NCBI RefSeq assembly: GCF_020885515.1
Contig: NZ_AP024987.1
Span: forward strand, 480,001-512,000
Origin: a cyanobacterium endosymbiont of Braarudosphaera bigelowii
GTDB lineage: Bacteria > Cyanobacteriota > Cyanobacteriia > Cyanobacteriales > Microcystaceae
Direction of reading: 5' to 3'
Length of the DNA stretch: 32,000 bases
The notes under the pieces are model-generated. The model was given only the letters and a program-made list of their open reading frames with translations, made no database searches and had not been told where the DNA came from. Position numbers and translations under genes: made by a program. Shown here one piece after another: positions 21,151 through 32,000 of the stretch. The stretch's first letter is position 1; every line of letters starts with the position of its first letter.

Positions 21151-21396
21151 ATGTCTAAAGAAAGCTTTTTTCAAAGTCCAGCTATTAGTCAAGAAGCCCG
21201 ATATGAGCCAGCTACCGTTATTCCTATCAAACGAGATTCTTCTATTATTAATTGGTTAGAGGCAACAAACCGTTTAATTTATCGTGAACAAGAAGAGATT
21301 AAAACGACTCCGGAGGAAGACGCAGAAATTTCTGACTTAATAGATGTCGATGAAAGTTATGATGATGAAGATTTAAGTTTAAACAGCAATGATTAG
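21151..21396 (+). CDS. Conserved cyanobacterial DUF3134-like small acidic protein
   Basis: 81 aa with EPATVIPIKRDSSIINWLEATNRLIYRE core, acidic C-terminus. Confidence 0.75.
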   Translation: MSKESFFQSPAISQEARYEPATVIPIKRDSSIINWLEATNRLIYREQEEIKTTPEEDAEISDLIDVDESYDDEDLSLNSND

Positions 21397-21493
21397 TATA
21401 TAAAAGCTAAATTACCAAAATGGAGGGGAAAATGTTTGTTTTTCCTCGCTTATCATAATCCATTTTTAAGTTTAAAAAATTAAATCTTTAGTT

Positions 21494-22603
21494 GTGAATA
21501 AAGTATTTTCCTTTTCAGTGTTCATAAAAAAAATATCAGAAAATAATTTATTGATCTTACTTGTTTTGATAAATATTCTTTTAATTGGAGGTTTTATCGA
21601 ATTAGGTGATCAAAGTATAAATTTTCATCATATTTTGACATTACCATTAGGAATTTCCGTTCTTATAAGTAGTTCTTTAGGTTATATTTCAATTCCATTA
21701 CTAAAAAAATTGAAAATAGAACAAGTTATACAAGAAGATGGTATACAAAAACATTTTAGTAAAGCAGGCACTCCAACAATGGGTGGAATATTCTTTATTC
21801 CAGTCGCTATTTTAATCGCTTTAGTTTGGTCTCATTTCTCTCTTGTATCTATTACAATATCTCTCGTAACTTTATCCTATATGGTTATTGGATGGGTTGA
21901 TGATTGGTGCATTTTAAGAAAAAAATCAAATCTAGGACTTTCCCCTCGTACAAAATTATTTTTACAAATTATAGTTGCTATTATTTTTTGTGTATGGATA
22001 AAATGGAATCGTATAATAGTAATGAATGAAATTATATTACCTGGTAATATAATTTTAGAGACAGAAGTATTATTTTGGCTTTTATCTATTTTTGTATTAG
22101 TTTCAGAAAGTAATGCAGTTAACCTTACAGATGGAATTGATGGCTTGGCCGGAGGAACAGGAGCATTAACTTTTTTAGGACTAGCAATCATAGTTGCAAC
22201 TACTTCGTCTGAGCTAAGTATTTTTTGCGCTTCTGTTTCTGGAAGTTGCTTGGGATTTATCCTTCATAATAATAATCCCGCAAAAGTCTTTATGGGAGAT
22301 ACTGGGTCTCTAGCCTTGGGAGGAGCTCTTGCCGGAGTAGGAATTTTAAGTGGTCACTTTTGGGAACTTTTTATTCTTAGCGGAATTTTTTTTATAGAGT
22401 CTTTGTCTGTAATTGCTCAAGTTACCTACTATAAAATGACTAAAAACAGTGAAGGGAAAGGAAAACGATTTTTAATGATGGCACCTTTGCACCATCATTT
22501 AGAGTTGGTGGGATGGTCCGAAAATAAGATTGTTAAAATATCTTATTTAATTAATACAGGTTTAATTTTCTTAGTTGCAATATTATATAGATACTTTTCA
22601 TAA
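21494..22603 (+). CDS. mraY: Phospho-N-acetylmuramoyl-pentapeptide-transferase (GTG start)
   Basis: GTPTMGG, SNAVNLTDGIDGLAGG, NNPAKVFMGDTGSLALGG, MMAPLHHHLELVGW. Confidence 0.97.
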   Translation: MNKVFSFSVFIKKISENNLLILLVLINILLIGGFIELGDQSINFHHILTLPLGISVLISSSLGYISIPLLKKLKIEQVIQEDGIQKHFSKAGTPTMGGIFFIPVAILIALVWSHFSLVSITISLVTLSYMVIGWVDDWCILRKKSNLGLSPRTKLFLQIIVAIIFCVWIKWNRIIVMNEIILPGNIILETEVLFWLLSIFVLVSESNAVNLTDGIDGLAGGTGALTFLGLAIIVATTSSELSIFCASVSGSCLGFILHNNNPAKVFMGDTGSLALGGALAGVGILSGHFWELFILSGIFFIESLSVIAQVTYYKMTKNSEGKGKRFLMMAPLHHHLELVGWSENKIVKISYLINTGLIFLVAILYRYFS

Positions 22604-22637
22604 GTTCTCTATAATATTGCAATAGAATTAATTTCTT

Positions 22638-23432
22638 TTATAAATGTTGTGAACATATTAATTCAACTTGGCTTAAAGAATGATTTTGACTACCACGGTC
22701 ACAACGCAACCACAACAAATACTCAGTATTGCCTGCAGGACCTTTGATAGGAGAATGAGTTAATCCACAATATAGCCATCCTAAATGATAAGAAATCTGT
22801 AATACTCTAGAAATTACTTCACAGTGATCTTTAAAATTACGGACAACTCCATTTTTTCCTATCTTAGATCGGCCAACTTCAAATTGCGGTTTAATGAGTA
22901 ATATAACCTCTTTTGGGCTAACTAAAAGCTCTGACAAAGGTTCTAAGATCTTAGCTAATGAAATGAAAGAGACATCCACAACTCCCAAGCTGGCTCGGAT
23001 ATTTCTGTCGTATAAAATTTCAGGTTTAAGATAACGAAAATTTGTTCTTTCCTTTAAAAATATTCTTTCGTCCTGTCTTAACGACCAAGCAACTTGTCCA
23101 TATCCTACATCTACTCCGTATATTAGACGAGCTCCTGACTGTAATAAGCAATCACTAAAGCCTCCTGTTGAAATACCTCCGTCAAGACAAACCCTATCTA
23201 CTACAGAAATTTGAAAAGTCTTAAGAGCTTTTTCAAGTTTTTTTCCCCCACGTGAAACATATGGAGATTTGATTTTAATTTCAACTTTAGCTTTTATATC
23301 AATTTCTGTTCCAGGTTTATCAATAATTCTTTGATTAATCTTAACTTCTCCAGCACGAATACATCTTTGTGCTTGCTGACGAGAAGTATATAATTTTTTT
23401 TCTACTAAAAGGATATCAAGTCGTTTTTTCAA
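22638..23432 (-). CDS. tlyA: TlyA-family rRNA (cytidine-2'-O)-methyltransferase / hemolysin-like
   Basis: N-terminal S4 domain (RLDILLVEKKLYTSRQQAQRCIRAGEV), DGGISTGGFSDCLLQSGA SAM motif, KPQFEVG. Confidence 0.9.
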   Translation of the reverse strand: MKKRLDILLVEKKLYTSRQQAQRCIRAGEVKINQRIIDKPGTEIDIKAKVEIKIKSPYVSRGGKKLEKALKTFQISVVDRVCLDGGISTGGFSDCLLQSGARLIYGVDVGYGQVAWSLRQDERIFLKERTNFRYLKPEILYDRNIRASLGVVDVSFISLAKILEPLSELLVSPKEVILLIKPQFEVGRSKIGKNGVVRNFKDHCEVISRVLQISYHLGWLYCGLTHSPIKGPAGNTEYLLWLRCDRGSQNHSLSQVELICSQHL

Positions 23433-23617
23433 GATATGTAATTGTAAAAAGTATATGTTATCTGGACAAGTATTAATTTTAAGGCTTGCAATCTATTTTG
23501 CATAATTTATGTGGAAATTAACACATTAGTGATTAAAACATTTGTTATATGATATAAATCAAAGAAAAAGTTAATCAGAAATATAATTTACGTTTAATCA
23601 ATTCAATTAATTTAAAT

Positions 23618-24796
23618 ATGAAATTTGTCTGTAGCCAAAGTGATTTCAGCAATAATCTATCCTTAGTTAGTCGAGCAGTGCCCACTCGACCTACTCATCC
23701 CATCCTAGCAAACGTTTTAATGATTGCAGATGCCACGAAACAGAAAATCAGCCTAATGGCATTTGACTTAAGCCTAGGAATAGAAACTAGTTTTGATGCC
23801 AATATCAGCGAAGAAGGTCAAACAACTTTACCAGCAAAGCTTCTTAATGATATTGTATCCCGATTACCTGAAGGGGAAATAAGCCTTACAAGTGAAAAAA
23901 TAAAGGATGATCAGACAGGATTACTATATCTTAAGTCAGCATCAGGTAAGTTTCAGATAAAAACAATAAGTGCAGATGAATTTCCTCCTTTACCAACGAT
24001 TGAAAATGATGAATTTATTGAATTACCTATTCTTACAATAACAGAAGGATTAAGAGGTGTACTGTTTGCATCAAGTAGTGACGAACTTAAACAAGTATTA
24101 ACTGGGGTTCATTTAAAAGGAACTGCTGATAACTTAGAATTCGCTGCAACAGATGGCCATAGATTATCAGTGGTAGAAGCTATAATATCTTCAAAGACAA
24201 GTAGACATGAAGAAGATAGAATTGTTAAAGTCAAAAATTTAGATGAGTTCTCAGTTACGATTCCTGCGAGAGCTTTAAGAGAATTAGAAAGAATTATTCA
24301 TAATAATAGTGATTCTAAGGTTGTTCAATTACAAATAGATGATGTTCAAGTTATATTTTATCTAGGGAAACAAAAATTAACTATTCGTAAATTAGATGGA
24401 GATTATCCAAAATACCATATGTTAATACCACAACAGTTTGAGCACATCATAAGCCTAGACAGAAAAACTTTTTTAAATAGCCTTGAACGAGTAGCTGTAT
24501 TAACAAGTCAAAAGAATAACTTAGTAAAATGTATTTTTAATCATAAAAAACAAATGATTCTTTTGTCTGTAGAAACTCAAGATTTAGGAAGTGCTGAAGA
24601 ATCAATAGAAGCAAAAATAACAGGAAAAAGTGGTGATATAGCTTTTAATATTAAATATTTAATAGATGGCCTAAAAGCTCTATCTACTAAAGAAATTAAA
24701 ATGCAACTTAATGAAGGAAATAAACCAGTTATTTTTAATCCTTTAGGTGGTTTAAAGATGACATACTTAGTAATGCCAGTTCAAATAGTCAAATGA
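23618..24796 (+). CDS. dnaN: DNA polymerase III sliding clamp (beta subunit)
   Basis: FDLSLGIETSFDA, DEFPPLP, LKGVHLK-like TGVHLKGTADNLEFAATDGHRLSVVE, FNPLGGLKMTYLVMPVQ C-terminus. Confidence 0.96.
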   Translation: MKFVCSQSDFSNNLSLVSRAVPTRPTHPILANVLMIADATKQKISLMAFDLSLGIETSFDANISEEGQTTLPAKLLNDIVSRLPEGEISLTSEKIKDDQTGLLYLKSASGKFQIKTISADEFPPLPTIENDEFIELPILTITEGLRGVLFASSSDELKQVLTGVHLKGTADNLEFAATDGHRLSVVEAIISSKTSRHEEDRIVKVKNLDEFSVTIPARALRELERIIHNNSDSKVVQLQIDDVQVIFYLGKQKLTIRKLDGDYPKYHMLIPQQFEHIISLDRKTFLNSLERVAVLTSQKNNLVKCIFNHKKQMILLSVETQDLGSAEESIEAKITGKSGDIAFNIKYLIDGLKALSTKEIKMQLNEGNKPVIFNPLGGLKMTYLVMPVQIVK

Positions 24797-24869
24797 ATAA
24801 TTTAAATCAATGTTCATTTTTGACATAACTTATAGTTTGTTTAACTTTCGTCCTGATTAAGGATATTTT

Positions 24870-26621
24870 TTAATATGTAAATTTATCTAAATTATTTTTG
24901 AGCCAACTAGCATCTTCTTTCCGTTTAATTTTTAATTCTAGAACACGTATTCCAGAAGAAGGTAAAGGATTTAACAGTTGTTTCAAATGTTGCCAGTCTT
25001 TAATGCTAGTGTGTTGAATGTCATAAGTGTTGCAAAGTTTTGCAAAATCAATATTTTGGGGAGTAACAAAGTAATCTTCAAATAAAGACTTATCTTTCGA
25101 AATAGGCAACATCTCAAAAATACCTCCTCCACTATTATTTACTAAAATAATAGTTAAATGTCCTTTAAACTTTTTGCTGATGAGAAATCCATTTGTATCA
25201 TGTAAAAGAGCCAAATCTCCAGTAACTAAAATGTTTTTGCTGCTATTCTGAGCCATACCTAAAGCACTGGATAAGGTACCGTCTATACCATTGGCACCTC
25301 GATTGAAATATGGTATCAATTCTTTATTATTGGGTAACCAAAAGAACTCTGCATAACGTACTGACATGCTATTAGCAATAAAAATTTTAGTTTGGTGAGG
25401 TAGTATTTTAGAAAGAATAAAAGGTAATTTTGCCTGCAATATTGAATCTATCTTAATAAAAATTGACTCAATATTTTGATTAACATTATCATTTATTGTT
25501 TTCCATTTTGTTAAATAGTCTGAACTTAATTCCGTAGGTGTAATATTTCTTAAATCTAAATTTTCGACAGATGAACATATCGAAAAACTATGATTATGAA
25601 GTGGATCAAAATTATCTGAAGAACTATCAATTAACCAACATTGAGCTTTAACTTTTTCTAACCATTCTCGTAACCTCTTACTCGTAGGAAATTGTCCAAA
25701 TTGGATAACTATATCCGGTTTCAAATACTTACTTAACTTTTGATTATATAGAATAGTATCGTAAGTATTAATCAAATTGGAAGTTTTACTTGCAAAATTT
25801 CTTAGCGGAGATAAAGCTTCTGCTAAGATCGGATAATTTAAAAATTTGGAGATAAAAGCAATATTTTCGCAATAAAGAGACGGATTAGTGGAATTATTTA
25901 CTCCCGCAATAATAATTCCTTTTTCGATAAATTTCCATTTGTTTAAATAGTTAGATATATCAAGTTTAGAATGATTACTTGGATATATTTTGCCATGTTC
26001 ATAAATATCTAGAAAAAAGTCCCTAAAATCTGTTCTAGAAGGAAATAGCTCAATTTCTGGTTGAGTAAATGGTGTTAAAGGTTCGCGAAAAGGACAGTTG
26101 AGGTGAACGACACCTTTATTAGGAAAAAAGGATTTATTCCAAGCGGAGACTATAGTTTGCCTCAAATAGCTTAATAATTTCATTTCTATAGAAGGCAAAG
26201 ATAACTCAGTATACCAATTACAATAACTTCCATATAATTTAACCTGATCAATCGATTGTCCAGCATGACAATCTCTTAATTCTGGAGGACGATCTGCAGT
26301 TAAAATTAATAGCGCAGTCTTACTTTCCTTTGCCTCGATAACTGCTGGATAAAAATTTGCTCCTGCTGTTCCAGAAGTACAAATCAAAACTACAGGTAAA
26401 CAAGAGCGTTTTGCTATACCCAGTGCAAAAAAAGATGCTGATCGTTCGTCTAAAATTGGTATAGTTTCTATGTTGGGGTGATTCGCAAATGCTATAGTAA
26501 GAGGTGTCGAACGAGAACCAGGACAAATAACGGCCGTTTTCAAACCTAAATTAAATAAAGTTTCTGCAACTATAGAAGACCATAAAGTGTTAGTATTACG
26601 AAAATCAAGATTTTTTATCAA
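24870..26621 (-). CDS. menD: MenD, SEPHCHC synthase (phylloquinone/menaquinone pathway)
   Basis: CPGSRSTPLTIAFANHP, RSASFFALGIAK, LICTSGTAGANFYPAVIEA, TADRPPELRDCHAGQSIDQ, NGADG-like NRGANGIDGTLSSALG, NNSGGGIFEMLP. Confidence 0.96.
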   Translation of the reverse strand: MIKNLDFRNTNTLWSSIVAETLFNLGLKTAVICPGSRSTPLTIAFANHPNIETIPILDERSASFFALGIAKRSCLPVVLICTSGTAGANFYPAVIEAKESKTALLILTADRPPELRDCHAGQSIDQVKLYGSYCNWYTELSLPSIEMKLLSYLRQTIVSAWNKSFFPNKGVVHLNCPFREPLTPFTQPEIELFPSRTDFRDFFLDIYEHGKIYPSNHSKLDISNYLNKWKFIEKGIIIAGVNNSTNPSLYCENIAFISKFLNYPILAEALSPLRNFASKTSNLINTYDTILYNQKLSKYLKPDIVIQFGQFPTSKRLREWLEKVKAQCWLIDSSSDNFDPLHNHSFSICSSVENLDLRNITPTELSSDYLTKWKTINDNVNQNIESIFIKIDSILQAKLPFILSKILPHQTKIFIANSMSVRYAEFFWLPNNKELIPYFNRGANGIDGTLSSALGMAQNSSKNILVTGDLALLHDTNGFLISKKFKGHLTIILVNNSGGGIFEMLPISKDKSLFEDYFVTPQNIDFAKLCNTYDIQHTSIKDWQHLKQLLNPLPSSGIRVLELKIKRKEDASWLKNNLDKFTY

Positions 26622-26974
26622 TTTCTTACATCTAAAGTCTATTACGAATTTTTTTCCTTGACATGATTGATCAGGAAAATTTTAGTCATTGATTTCAAAG
26701 TCTTTCTTATAATTATCAAAGTTACTTATAAAGTATTTGACAGTAATTAAAATAAAAACTTCTAACTTAATTATATATTTAATCTATTTGCATATGAAAA
26801 AGATATTAGTTTTTCCTAGTTTTTGAATAAGAAATCTAAAGAACTTGTTTTATAAAAATAATATCAATTAATGCAGTTTCAAAAATCTATAAACTTGTTT
26901 GGTTTATACGCTTAAAAATTTTATTTTTTAGCTAAAAAATATCTTCAGTAATTAATTTCTGGCAACCTATGAAA

Positions 26975-27010
26975 ATAAAAAAGGCGTTTAGAATTATTCT
27001 AAATGCCTCA
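26975..27010 (-). terminator. Rho-independent terminator of the atp operon
   Basis: On the minus strand, AGGCATTTAGAATAATTCTAAACGCCTTTTTT: about 12-bp stem with one C.A mismatch followed by six Ts, downstream of atpG (gamma). Confidence 0.85.
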
Positions 27011-27041
27011 TACATTCAATATTACAGATTCTAAATACAAT

Positions 27042-27986
27042 CTATAATGCATTTGCTCCAGCAACTACTTCCATTAACTGCTGAGTAATTGCTGCTTGAC
27101 GAGCTTTATTGTATGCCATTGTTAGAGACCCAGCCAGTTGGGTAGCATTATCACTAGCATTACTCATTGCAGTCATTCTAGCCGCTAGTTCACTAGCAGC
27201 TGATTCTTGCAATGCTCTAAGTAACTGGTTATTAATATATAGAGGCAATAAAGCATCTAAAATTTGAACTGGATCCTGCTCAAAAATCATATCTTGAGAT
27301 AGGTTATGAGCAGGCTGTTCTAAGTGTTCCCGTTCAACTTTGAACTTGCCTTCACGAGTTATTAGACGAAAAATTTCATCATCTTCAGCTTCCAATCCTT
27401 GTAAGCTTAAAGGAACTAAAGTTTGTACAACTGGACTAGAATTAATTAAGGAAACGAAACGAGTATAAATTAGTTCGACTCGATCCACAGTTTCTGATAA
27501 AAATAAAGATACCAATTCGTCAGCAATGGGCATTGCATCATCACTTGTAGGAATTTGCTCTAGACCTGTATATTTTGCCTTTACAGATACTTCTCGTCTT
27601 GAGAAGTATTGAGTAGGCTTGCGCCCAACGGTTATCAAGCAGGGAGCAATTCCTTGGTCCTGTAATTCTTTAATACGTTTTTCTGCCCGACGAATAACGT
27701 AACTGTTATAACCTCCACACAATCCACGGTCCCCTGCAATTACTACAACCGCTACAGTTTTTACTGTTCTCTGTTTCAATAGAGATATATCGACATCTCC
27801 ATACTTTAAACGATTTAGTAAATTGTAAAGAACATTAGTTAAAATATTAGCGAAGGGCCGAGTAGAAACAACTCTCTCCTGAGCACGGCGGACTTTAGCT
27901 GCTGCTACCAAGCGCATAGCTTCAGTAATTTTTTTGGTATTTTTGACCGATTCAATACGATCTCGAATAGCTTTAAGGTTAGCCAT
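27042..27986 (-). CDS. atpG: ATP synthase gamma subunit (AtpC in some cyanobacterial nomenclature)
   Basis: [36 protein letters not shown] and a cyanobacterial-type gamma insertion region. Confidence 0.97.
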   Translation of the reverse strand: MANLKAIRDRIESVKNTKKITEAMRLVAAAKVRRAQERVVSTRPFANILTNVLYNLLNRLKYGDVDISLLKQRTVKTVAVVVIAGDRGLCGGYNSYVIRRAEKRIKELQDQGIAPCLITVGRKPTQYFSRREVSVKAKYTGLEQIPTSDDAMPIADELVSLFLSETVDRVELIYTRFVSLINSSPVVQTLVPLSLQGLEAEDDEIFRLITREGKFKVEREHLEQPAHNLSQDMIFEQDPVQILDALLPLYINNQLLRALQESAASELAARMTAMSNASDNATQLAGSLTMAYNKARQAAITQQLMEVVAGANAL

Positions 27987-28053
27987 AATATTTAGTAATT
28001 ATTTATCGGACTCTCGTCATGTTGAATCTGTAACTAATTTTTTAATCTCTCAT

Positions 28054-28080
28054 TAAGGGTAAACATTAAGTTTACCCTTA
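28054..28080. promoter_or_regulatory. Intercistronic hairpin between atpA and atpG
   Basis: TAAGGGTAAAC-ATTAA-GTTTACCCTTA, 11-bp perfect stem just after the atpA stop. Confidence 0.55.
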
Positions 28081-28085
28081 CTTGA

Positions 28086-29624
<1,539 letters not shown>

Positions 29625-29640
29625 CTACAATGAGAGAAAA

Positions 29641-30198
29641 TTATAAGGTTCCGTTAAGACTTACACTTATACGTCGTAACTGGCCTCGAAGACTAGCATC
29701 AAATACTTGGGAGCCAATTTTGATAATGAATCCTCCAATTAAATCAGGATCCTTACCTATCTCCATTTCTACTGACTCAGCTCCAGTCAAACCTTTAATT
29801 TTATCGCTAATGGCAGAACGCTGTTCCTCGCTTATTTCAGTTGTAACAGTCACTTCAGCGAGAACAGTGTTAGTTAATTTTCTTGCCAAATCTATATATC
29901 TTTGGCAGACAGCTTGAAGTAAAGCGATTCTTCGCTTTTCTATTAGAAGCATTACAAAATTACAAAAATACTGATGAGTATTTTTCCCAATAATCTTATT
30001 TAGTACAGACTTTTTGTCCTCGTCTTGAATAACAGGAGAACTAATAAAAGCTTTTAGCTCTGAGGAATCTTCTAGAATCTGCAAAACAGTTCTACAGTCT
30101 TGTTCAACTAATCTCGTGATTTTATGGGACTCAGCAATAGACATCATAGCTTGAGCGTAGGGCTCTGCAATTTCTGCATTAACTAATGATCCTTTCAC
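29641..30198 (-). CDS. atpH: ATP synthase delta subunit
   Basis: AEPYAQAMMSIA at N-terminus, GLTGAESVEMEIGKDPDLIGGFIIKIGSQVFDASLRGQL C-terminus; position in operon. Confidence 0.95.
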   Translation of the reverse strand: MKGSLVNAEIAEPYAQAMMSIAESHKITRLVEQDCRTVLQILEDSSELKAFISSPVIQDEDKKSVLNKIIGKNTHQYFCNFVMLLIEKRRIALLQAVCQRYIDLARKLTNTVLAEVTVTTEISEEQRSAISDKIKGLTGAESVEMEIGKDPDLIGGFIIKIGSQVFDASLRGQLRRISVSLNGTL

Positions 30199-30734
30199 TA
30201 TGAACCTCCTAACCGATTAATGCTACGGTTAATAAGCATTTGCTGAGCATTATTATCAACCTTGGACTTTAATTGCTCTTCTGCCTTGACAACAGCTTGT
30301 TCCGCAATTTGTTTCTTCAACTGTGCAATTACTCTTTCTTGCTCAGAGGAAAGATCTGCAGCAGCGGTTTCTTTAAGACGAACAATATCTTGTTCATTCT
30401 GAGCTAAAATTTCAGCTTTAATAGCTATAGCTCTTTCTTGAGCAGCTTTGTGAATTTTTTCTGCTTCAATTTGAGCTTGGGCTAATTTTTTCTCTTCCTG
30501 AGCCAAAGAAGTAATTGCTTGCTGTTGTTTTTTTTCAGCTTCTTGAATAGACAGGGCTATTGCATTGTGCCTTTCACTGAGGGTATCTCCTATGGCTTTA
30601 CGTCCGTAGAATATTAAAATACCAACAAGAATGGTTAAGTTGAAAATGTTACTTTCCAAAAAATCGAAATGAAGCCCAATTAAGGGTCCATTTTCAGCGT
30701 GACTTTCAGCGACTAATAATAAAGAATCGATCAT
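30198..30734 (-). CDS. atpF: ATP synthase b subunit
   Basis: DFLESNIFNLTILVGILIFYGRKAIGDTL N-terminal TM, long helical stalk; overlaps atpH by 1 nt. Confidence 0.95.
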   Translation of the reverse strand: MIDSLLLVAESHAENGPLIGLHFDFLESNIFNLTILVGILIFYGRKAIGDTLSERHNAIALSIQEAEKKQQQAITSLAQEEKKLAQAQIEAEKIHKAAQERAIAIKAEILAQNEQDIVRLKETAAADLSSEQERVIAQLKKQIAEQAVVKAEEQLKSKVDNNAQQMLINRSINRLGGS

Positions 30735-30763
30735 ACCGGTTTATCACCCAAAGGACGGCGTCG

Positions 30764-31195
30764 TTACTTGATTAACTCTGGACCTAAAAGCTTTTCCAGA
30801 ATTTGATGACTTAAAACATCGACTTGTTTTTCTAGAACTTTTAGAGCATCTTGGCGCTGTTGTGCAATTTCTTTAGCAACAGCTTCTTTTTTAGCTTGGG
30901 CTTCTTGTTGAGCAATAACAATTGCTTCATTAGCAATTATTTTAGCCTCTGACTGAGCTGAAATGACAATCTCTTGAGATTGTTTTCTTGTCTCTGATAA
31001 TTGTTGTTCATACTGAGCAGCCAGCTCTCTAGCTTTATCTAAATGCTCTTTCCCACCTATTTCTTGCTGACGAATATAATCAGCTCGCTTGTCTAGTACC
31101 TCATTAAGAGGCTTATAAAAAATGGCATTTAGAACAACTGCTAATAAGATAAATTGCAATGCCATGACCGGCAAAGTTGCGTCAAAATCAAACAT
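30764..31195 (-). CDS. atpF2: ATP synthase b' subunit
   Basis: [37 protein letters not shown] typical b' N-terminus; photosynthetic-type split b/b' arrangement. Confidence 0.94.
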   Translation of the reverse strand: MFDFDATLPVMALQFILLAVVLNAIFYKPLNEVLDKRADYIRQQEIGGKEHLDKARELAAQYEQQLSETRKQSQEIVISAQSEAKIIANEAIVIAQQEAQAKKEAVAKEIAQQRQDALKVLEKQVDVLSHQILEKLLGPELIK

Positions 31196-31229
31196 AACTT
31201 ACTCAACTAGATCTTTTACTTTATGATTG

Positions 31230-31253
31230 AGAGGCAGCCATATGGCTGCCTCT
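31230..31253. promoter_or_regulatory. Intercistronic palindrome/hairpin between atpE (c) and atpF2 (b')
   Basis: AGAGGCAGCCATATGGCTGCCTCT, GC-rich perfect palindrome in an AT-rich background. Confidence 0.6.
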
Positions 31254-31269
31254 ATTAATCGACTAAATC

Positions 31270-31527
<258 letters not shown>

Positions 31528-31771
31528 TCAATTTTATTGATAAAACAAATTAGAAGCTAATTGTCAACTTAAATAGTTTAGGAGTATAGGTCTTAAAAAC
31601 AAGACTAGAAATAGTTAGTTCTGTCTCTACAAACTCCCAATAAGTAAGGACCTGAGTTAATAATGGAAACTTTATATCCATCTCCTCTGTCTATTGTCTT
31701 ACGTTTTGGTCATTTTTGCGTAACAGATATTTTCCTTTTTGATAGTCTGTTTAATTAGAACCTTACTCTTA

Positions 31772-32000
31772 TTAATGTCCTTCTTCCTCTTCTGATTCAA
31801 TTGCTTCGTGAATATAAGCTCCTGCCAGGGTAGCAAACACTAAAGCTTGAATCGCACTAGTAAATAGTCCTAGTGCCATTAGTGGTAATGGCACTAGTAG
31901 AGGAACAAGAAATACAAGTACTCCTACTACTAATTCATCAGCCAGAATATTACCAAACAGACGGAAGCTCAGAGAGAGAGGCTTGGTAAAATCTTCTAAA
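31772..32000 (-). CDS. atpB: ATP synthase a subunit, C-terminal part (continues beyond window)
   Basis: Minus-strand translation ...[70 protein letters not shown]; not in ORF track. Confidence 0.93.
   Translation of the reverse strand, partial: LEDFTKPLSLSFRLFGNILADELVVGVLVFLVPLLVPLPLMALGLFTSAIQALVFATLAGAYIHEAIESEEEEGH

Noticed and set aside
23510-23518. TGTGGAAAT upstream of dnaN resembling a reverse DnaA box (TGTGGATAA)
   Set aside because: Only 7 of 9 bases match, it is a single copy, and there is no cluster or nearby dnaA; insufficient to call an origin. GC skew over the whole genome would be needed.

Overview
The window looks like an ordinary core-genome segment of a strongly AT-rich, reduced cyanobacterial genome. 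Gene content (plant-type phytoene desaturase and phytoene synthase, candidate PetL, MenD, IctB-like protein, HypD, cyanobacterial-order ATP synthase operon) would fit a UCYN-A-like or spheroid-body-like nitrogen-fixing symbiont of the Cyanothece/Crocosphaera lineage. That assignment is inferred from gene content and composition, not proven. I can support about 24 protein-coding genes: partial MlaD/MCE protein, pds, crtB, orphan HicB-like antitoxin, ychF, an unannotated 33-aa petL candidate, plsX, fabH, fabD, hypD, sufE, a shortened PBP4-type carboxypeptidase, tsaB, a UPF0104/MprF-N-terminal-like membrane protein, a dynamin/Era-like GTPase, lpxB, lpxA, ictB, an ABC ATPase, a DUF3134-like protein, mraY, tlyA, dnaN, menD, and the atp operon (gamma, alpha, delta, b, b', c, partial a). 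I saw no CRISPR array, mobile element, tRNA/rRNA or defence/secretion-type novel system. The best second-look items are: a PBP4-type enzyme that has lost nearly the whole region between its SxxK and SxN motifs; lpxB and a GTPase ORF in the same frame separated by a single stop codon with only a TTG start; two long perfect hairpins (22 bp and 24 bp stems), one overlapping the petL stop codon; a possible homopolymer frameshift at the 3' end of the MCE gene; and an IctB-like gene in a possibly non-carbon-fixing lineage.
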